64,000 bases of DNA, taken from positions 297,662,001-297,726,000 of the forward strand of contig OZ024740.1 in NCBI GenBank assembly GCA_964016885.1, read 5' to 3'. The notes under the pieces were generated by a model, which saw only the letters and a program-made list of their open reading frames with translations, ran no database searches and was not told the DNA's origin. Source of the stretch: Eledone cirrhosa. Taxonomy: Eukaryota. This document shows positions 57,364 through 64,000 of the stretch, in pieces. The number at the start of each line of letters is the position of its first letter. The stretch's first letter is position 1. A program made the position numbers and the translations under genes.

Positions 57364-58450
57364 AACAAATAGTAGAAAGGAAAAAGGTTTTTTTGTTCCC
57401 GTAGAAAATGTTGAAGAGATTCTTTAGTGAAATTTGAAAACATTAATTTATTTACAATACCGGTTTCAGCATTAAATGCATTATCAATTTCGGATATGCA
57501 GAATATTGTTAAGTTGTATATTTTGTACAAATAGTGAAGATAATGATAATAACAAAAAGAGAAAAAAAAGAAAATATAAAGAGGGAAAGGAAAGTTAGTT
57601 TTCACTCCATCCCTAGCAGTAATTTTAGATTTAGGGAGATGGAGGCCACAAAGAAGATTTAGAGTTATTGAAATATTAATTCCATCCCTAGCAGTAATTT
57701 TAGATTTAGGGGGTGGAGAAAGTTTTGCTATAAAGAGGGGTTCAGAGCCACTAGAATACCCATTCAATCTTCAGCAGAAGCTTCCAGATTCCGGGGAATG
57801 TAAAGCGTTTAGTTTGGCATCTGAATGTTTCCATTTGTCCGATTATCTTCATGGAGGTCCTACAGGACTTGTGGGTGTTACTATGTGGTTGCTTGGTCTG
57901 CATTATATTGTTGTCAGAGGTTGCTGGAATCTTGTCTAGGGTGTTGATTTTAAAGTGTGCTAGCTTTGGTTTAGTCCGAAGTGGAAGCATTTAGAAGGGG
58001 TTCGTATTTGGCGATAAATTGTGATTCCTTGCTGATGCGTTGGATGTAGGAATCGTTGTCTTTGAATTTGTAGATGGGAAAAATTCTAAAATTGGGTTGT
58101 GTTCACTCAGTGCTATCTTTCTGTATTCCCGTATTTTGATTTGGGAGCTATGGACGGTCATACGTTGTCGGAGGCTGTTTGGGGGTGTCCTATGTAATGC
58201 TCTCGACAACCTGAGCAGGTCAACACATAGATCAGGTTTTCTAATGCACATGTGAAATTGCACTTAACTGTGAAGTGGAACTCTGATCCTTCTATTACAT
58301 ATACTACAGTTGGGTCTTCCGCATTTTTTACTGTAGGGTTCATTGTGGGGACCGGCTGGACTTTGGCCTGTATAAGGATGTTTTTTATTGATTTAGGTTG
58401 TCTTTTACTCTTTATGATATCTCACTTTCTATCATTCTTTGGAAGAAATT
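57360..58450 (-). mobile_element. Penelope-like element 3' fragment: GIY-YIG endonuclease (stop 57971-57973) + 3' region with HHR-like motif (57454-57490)
   Basis: CNFTC..NLIYVLTCSGCREHYIG, SLRQRMTVH, LSEH, RISKESQFIAKYEPLLN; downstream TTGATAA-t gcat tta atgc t-GAAA-ccgg-TA. Confidence 0.85.
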
Positions 58451-59344
58451 TTCTGTACTCAGGCCTGAAAGGGGCTGAGTTCCGCCAGGCTTTAACATGC
58501 GCAAGAAATGCCGTATGTCAATACGGAGCTCCTACAACTCAATCAGGAATTACGAGACTATACCATACCAAATACCTGCACGTACAAAGATTACAATTAT
58601 GTGTTTATATATATATATATATAACCTAAAATAAAGCCTTTAAAAGGCCATATTGATCTTTGATTCTTGGTTAAAGCATAGCATTCCCACGGGGTCATCA
58701 ACTTTTGTACGTTTAAATGTTACCTTTACAAGTGCGCTTGTCAGTCTCCAAGAAATATCCTTCTTGACATTCACAGAAATAGGATCCTTTCATATTTATA
58801 CAGGTGTGAAGGCAACCTCCTTTTCCGTCATCACACTCATTGATGTCTTCAATTGGAGAAAGAATAAAAGAATAGTGAAATAGATGAACAAAAGAATACA
58901 GGCAGGACAGTATATAAGATTATCAGAATACAAAAATAACAATATAGCAAATATAAGAGAACAGAACAATAACAAAAGTTAAATAAAATCTGAATAAAAG
59001 AATGTTAGAATATAAATTATAAGAATATAAAGAGTGGAAATAAATGTAGGGAAACAGTTTAGAGTTACTGAAAACTAAATCTCCGGGCATGGAGAAATTG
59101 TGAGATATCAACCGTTTATACGATAGAAGAATAAAAGCTGAATTTATTTGCATACATTTGTGAGAATTGTTCGCAGCTTTTTATTCATTTTATCCCATCA
59201 CTAAGTTGGCAAATGTTGGTGCAACTTGTCTTCCTATTTGTTCGTAGGCTGTTTCGTCGAATATGAAATAATTGCTATCTTAAATAAACTGAAGACCATT
59301 TACAATAAAATGTTATCAATAGGGTCTGGTAATTCAGTGGGATA

Positions 59345-59388
<44 letters not shown>

Positions 59389-59624
59389 GCACATCATCAT
59401 TGGTACTATTCCCTCCTATTGCATTGTAATGTTTGATAGACTATATATATATATTCATATCTGTATTTTTAACCGTTGGTCAATCAATGACAAACACTGA
59501 TTGCCAAATAAATTAACTGTGGAGATATAAAAGATACAGAAGCGAAAACCAACCACAAACAGTGAGTTTGTTCTATTATTATTTCTGGCAATATTATTAA
59601 AACAATATAACCCTCCCCAATTAT

Positions 59625-59669
<45 letters not shown>

Positions 59670-59914
59670 GTTATATACTTTGTTGATAAGTATTCAACAG
59701 AGTTATGTTCATAACAGATATTAAGCACTCTACAGTAAATTTTTATCTGGAGTGTTATAATACGTTGAGGTCTATATTTTGGGTATGTCATTATCTTATA
59801 CTTCAAATATTGTATTTTATCTGATGAAAGCATACTATAATTTAGTATCCTTGAAATATGTATGATGAAATAGATATGATGCTATAGTGATATATTTTGC
59901 ATTTATTACTATTG

Positions 59915-59979
<65 letters not shown>

Positions 59980-60049
59980 AAAAGGAAGAGAATGACTTCA
60001 CTTGTAATTCTAAACAATTTGATTTTATTTTATTTTATTTTATAATATA

Positions 60050-60360
60050 ATATTATGAGTTGGTAGATCTTGTACACACAGATGGTGGGTGGAAAGAAAC
60101 TCACTGTTAAAAAATTAAAGGATGTTCAGCCTATTGTTGCCACTTGAGACAACATCAATGACCTTTTCATGAAAGATGGAGCCCCTCCTCATTTTATATT
60201 TACTGTCTGTGAATGGCTTGATCTCCAATTTCCATAATGTTGGCTGGATCATCTAGGTCCACATGAACAGCCAGCAAGAACCTGACTTAATGGCATGCAA
60301 TTTTTTTCCTGTGGGGTGGGGCGAAGGAAGACATTTATAGACCAAAACCAAAAACTGATA
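60050..60360 (+). pseudogene. Tc1/mariner transposase relic
   Basis: FMKDGAPPH...PDL..NFFLWG motifs. Confidence 0.6.
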
Positions 60361-61338
60361 TAACTAGCGCCTATATAGGATTTTAACACTGTATACTCTA
60401 CTTCTGCCATTATACTTTTCAAAATAAAACGTTCTATGACAATCCCCCAATAAACAAGGGGCCAGCAATTTTGTGGGGAGGGGAAAGTCGATTAAAACGA
60501 CCCCAGTGCATTACTGGTACTTTATTTTATCGACCCCGAAAGGATGAAAGGCAAAGTTAACCTCGGCGGGATTTTTATTCAGATCATAAAGGGCCGTAAC
60601 TCTATGCTACAAAGCATGGCGTCCAGCACTCTACCGTTACTGCCAATCCACCGCCCTACAATCCCCCAATAATAAAATTAGAAATTATTAATTCTAAACA
60701 GGGAGTCTTTCCACCCAACTGGTACGTATATGAGCACATATATATATCGCGCGTTGAAACGTTCGTTGATGTATAAATAAATAAAATAACATTAGGATGC
60801 TTTACTCTATTGAGGGAATCTGAGTACCTTCTTCTTTAGAAAGTCTCATGATGCTTCCACAACGTAAAACTACTATCACTATTATAGTGGAGTTAAGTTT
60901 GCTTCTGCTGGTATCATGGACAGATTCCTCCGCTAGACTGCAGGACTGAATTCCATTGATAATTCGCTCCGTCGGTCCGAGCTACATGGACTTCCTTGAA
61001 AATTTTCGGAAATAGCTCGTGGTTTCTGTGCATGATGTTTAGCTAATGCATCAGTTGCTCAAAAAACACTGCAATTAAATTGTACAGTTCCCACACAAAT
61101 CAGTTTATCCACTATGTAACGTATTATGTCCACTGTTATTCAGATTCGTATTTACAACATACGATTTTTGTAAAGTAATGGAGTAAGTGAAAAACGGCGA
61201 TCCTAGGCGAAATCTAATTGTTATAATTTATATATATATAAATTGAGCTTTTTTTTCTTCCTGGTAATTGGGTAGTGCTGAATACTACCCTTTCATATTT
61301 ATAATTATATATAACTCATATATAAGTATAAATAATGT

Positions 61339-61369
<31 letters not shown>

Positions 61370-61500
61370 TCAAGCTAACATAAGTCCGATAAGCGTTTGA
61401 TTCCAGAGTCGGACCCGATCGACATAGATCGAACCTTGTGCTGATCAATCGCGAAACGCGCGTCACACCTGAATAAACTTAATGAAAATTTGACACCTCG

Positions 61501-61535
<35 letters not shown>

Positions 61536-61695
61536 CCCACTCTGCTACCCTAAGTATCGGGTACTCTGGTGCGTTATGGTCCACCTGGTACCTTACCACA
61601 CTTTCTTTGTTATATATATATATATATGCATGCGTGAGTTCGTGTTTGGTCATGTATTGACATTGACGTCCTATATTAGTATATATCAGACTCAC

Positions 61696-61818
61696 CTGCA
61701 CATGTCTTCTTGTCTGCATTAAGCTGATATCCTTTCCTACACAAACACGAAACATTACCATTTATGTTTCTACACATGTGTTCACATCCACCGTTGGCTA
61801 TAACACACTCATTGATGT
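61696..61818 (-). CDS. cbEGF exon 2: [41 protein letters not shown]
   Basis: 123 bp, ag/gtgagt, phase 1-1. Confidence 0.93.
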
Positions 61819-62480
61819 CTGACCAAATAAAACATTATAGAATTGAAATAATGGCTGAAGATTTAATTTGTTAGCGAAATGAAAGTATTAAAGAAAAGGA
61901 TTTATTTAATAAACAGGAAGAGAAAAAATGAGAAAAATGTGGAACGATAAAAATTAAATAAGGGAAGGCACAAGCAAGATTGTCGTATCTCAGTCAAAAC
62001 GGTGGTTGATCTCATTTGGGAGGCATGTCTGAGGAATCTGCCCTCACGACCCTCACAAGAAGAAGTGAGTTGACAAACTCTGCACTCGTAGCTGGGCGGT
62101 ATATCTCATCTGCACCGTGGGGACAGGTATTGCTAAGGAGAATAGTCAGCGATACTCGTCTCATCCCCAATTTCACCTCCTCAGGTGGGATAGACTCCTC
62201 CCGACGTTTCAGAAGAAAACCTCAGAAATGGTATCAGTGATGATGGTGGTGGTAGTAATGATCGTGGGGTGTTGATAATAGTGATGGTGGCGCGTAAAGC
62301 GAGTGGGATGTGAATGTTCGTGTTAACTGTGGTAATGTTGGTGTTAGTTATATGGATGGTGGTGTAAGTAGGGTGGGGGGTGCTGGTGATCGTGTTAGCA
62401 ATTGCGATAACTATAGCAATGGTGGTGGTCTTCGTTGAGGACGAGGAAGAGGAGGAGAAGGAGGTTGACTTGTATCTCAC

Positions 62481-62603
62481 CTTTGCACTGTTTACCATCA
62501 GGTTGTAGATAGAATCCATTTTGACAACCACAATCGTAGGAACCCGGTGTATTATGACATAAATGGTCGCATTCAGCTTCTCCGTTTACGCATTCATTAA
62601 TAT
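62481..62603 (-). CDS. cbEGF exon 1 (first in window): DINECVNGEAECDHLCHNTPGSYDCGCQNGFYLQPDGKQCK
   Basis: 123 bp, ag/gtgag, phase 1-1. Confidence 0.94.
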
Positions 62604-63189
62604 CTGAACAATGGAATAACGGAGATATGTACGTCAAAAACTATTCAATACGTGGTATGTAAGCATTATATAAATACTTTTTCGATAAAGTCAAAATAGT
62701 ATCATTAGATATTATTGGGTTTGTTTTTACTCTTTTGCTGGTTCCAGTCATTAGACAGTGGCCATGATGGGTCATCATTTTTTTACTTATTTCACTCATT
62801 AGATCGCAGCCATGATGGGGTACTGTTCTTTCATTGGCTCCAGTATATGACTATGCTAGGACACTGTTCTTTTACTGCTTTCTAGCAGTAGAAGTTGAAA
62901 AAACTGACGCTGCACACCAGGTCCGAACACAGAAGAGCCGAACTCCCACTGTCATCGCCTCCATCTCTTTCTCCCTCCCCATTTATCTCTATAATGAGTA
63001 AATGGAGTCCCACGTGCTGGCCGCCCCATGGCTTCCGGCGGACAGAATGGAGAAGGCGTTTCCCCGGAGGATGGTAAGGGAGATGCGCAGCAAAATATAA
63101 CAATACGATAGATCAGTAATGTAAAACGGTGTTCATTTTTTTTATTTTTATCTGAAACATAAAATTGAAATTAAAATCTTAACGAAATT

Positions 63190-64000
63190 TTTCACATTGG
63201 CTCATAATTTTTGCTATCGTCCAGTCATCTTTGTTGCAGTCGTCCAACCCATGCATAAGTGCACCGCTGTTTTCTTTTCAATTCGGAGAAGTAGTAGCTC
63301 TACTTTCTGACCTCCGAGCTACGCACTCTAATCCCGATTCGGCCTCTTGTATTCGCGATCGTATTCTTTCGTTCATTACTTAAGATTCATGACCATAGGT
63401 AATGGTTGGCACGAATACCAAATTAAAGTTAGTGAGTTTGACTTTTACGCCTACCTCACTTCTTCTGATTACCGAATGCTGAAACTGGTGAATTACTGCA
63501 CCAGCTCCTGTCATTTTTGCACTTAATTTAGCCTCCCGCCTTCCATCACTCGTGAACACGAGATACTTGAACTTCTCTACCTGTTTCAGTAGAATTCCAT
63601 TCACGTGTAGAGTGCACTGCGCAGGCTTCCTTGAGAAGACGAGTGTCTCAGTTGTCGCAGCACTGATTTTCATTCCATCCATGCAGCACTCGGCATCAAA
63701 CCTATCAAGTTTAAGTCGGAGATCACCTTCTGTTGATATAAGTAATACCATGTCGTCAGAAAATTCCAGCCGACTGATTCTATACCTGCCAGTCGTGATA
63801 CCACTTCCAACCCGGCTGCGCATGTCAATCCTGTTCATGAAAATAATGAACGGGGGAGGTAACAGTACGCACCCTTGGCGAAGTCCAACTCCCACATTGA
63901 ACGGTCTCGATTTAGCACCATTTATCTGAACACAATTACTCGAGCATTTGTATATAGACATCACGGCAGCAAGAAGCTGACCATCGATCCCATACTCCTG
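63190..64000 (-). pseudogene. RTE-like LINE reverse transcriptase fragment
   Basis: GVGLRQGCVL, LEFSDD, QVEKFKYL, VPTITYGHES. Confidence 0.85.

Noticed and set aside
60725-60768. TATATGA...GAAAcgTT motif
   Set aside because: Core too degenerate to support

Overview
Eukaryotic, AT-rich intronic DNA. The repeat content (huge (TA)n tracts, tRNA-derived SINEs, RTE/Tx1/Penelope relics) suggests an invertebrate, plausibly a cephalopod such as Octopus; this is inference. The only host gene is on the minus strand: 11 symmetric phase-1 exons of 120-123 bp, each encoding one calcium-binding EGF module (fibrillin/matrilin/MEGF-like protein; neither end lies in the window). The introns hold a Tx1/L1-clade LINE next to (GATA)n, RTE, R4-like, Tc1/mariner and Penelope (GIY-YIG) fragments, SINEs, and a likely false duplication around a 200-N gap. 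The main result, read by eye, is a dense set of type I hammerhead-ribozyme (HHR) motifs: about 30 intact or degenerate copies from about a dozen sequence families, nearly all in short fold-back elements embedded in (TA)n. The centrepiece is a near-perfect 310-bp tandem 'retrozyme'-like array (8631-11570). It flips orientation in the middle, forming a palindrome with 1.17-kb arms and placing 4 HHRs on one strand and 6 on the other. A diverged monomer at ~55.6 kb keeps the same fold through compensatory changes. Nearly all long ORFs in the supplied track are (TA)n artefacts. No ribozyme activity or database match has been tested.
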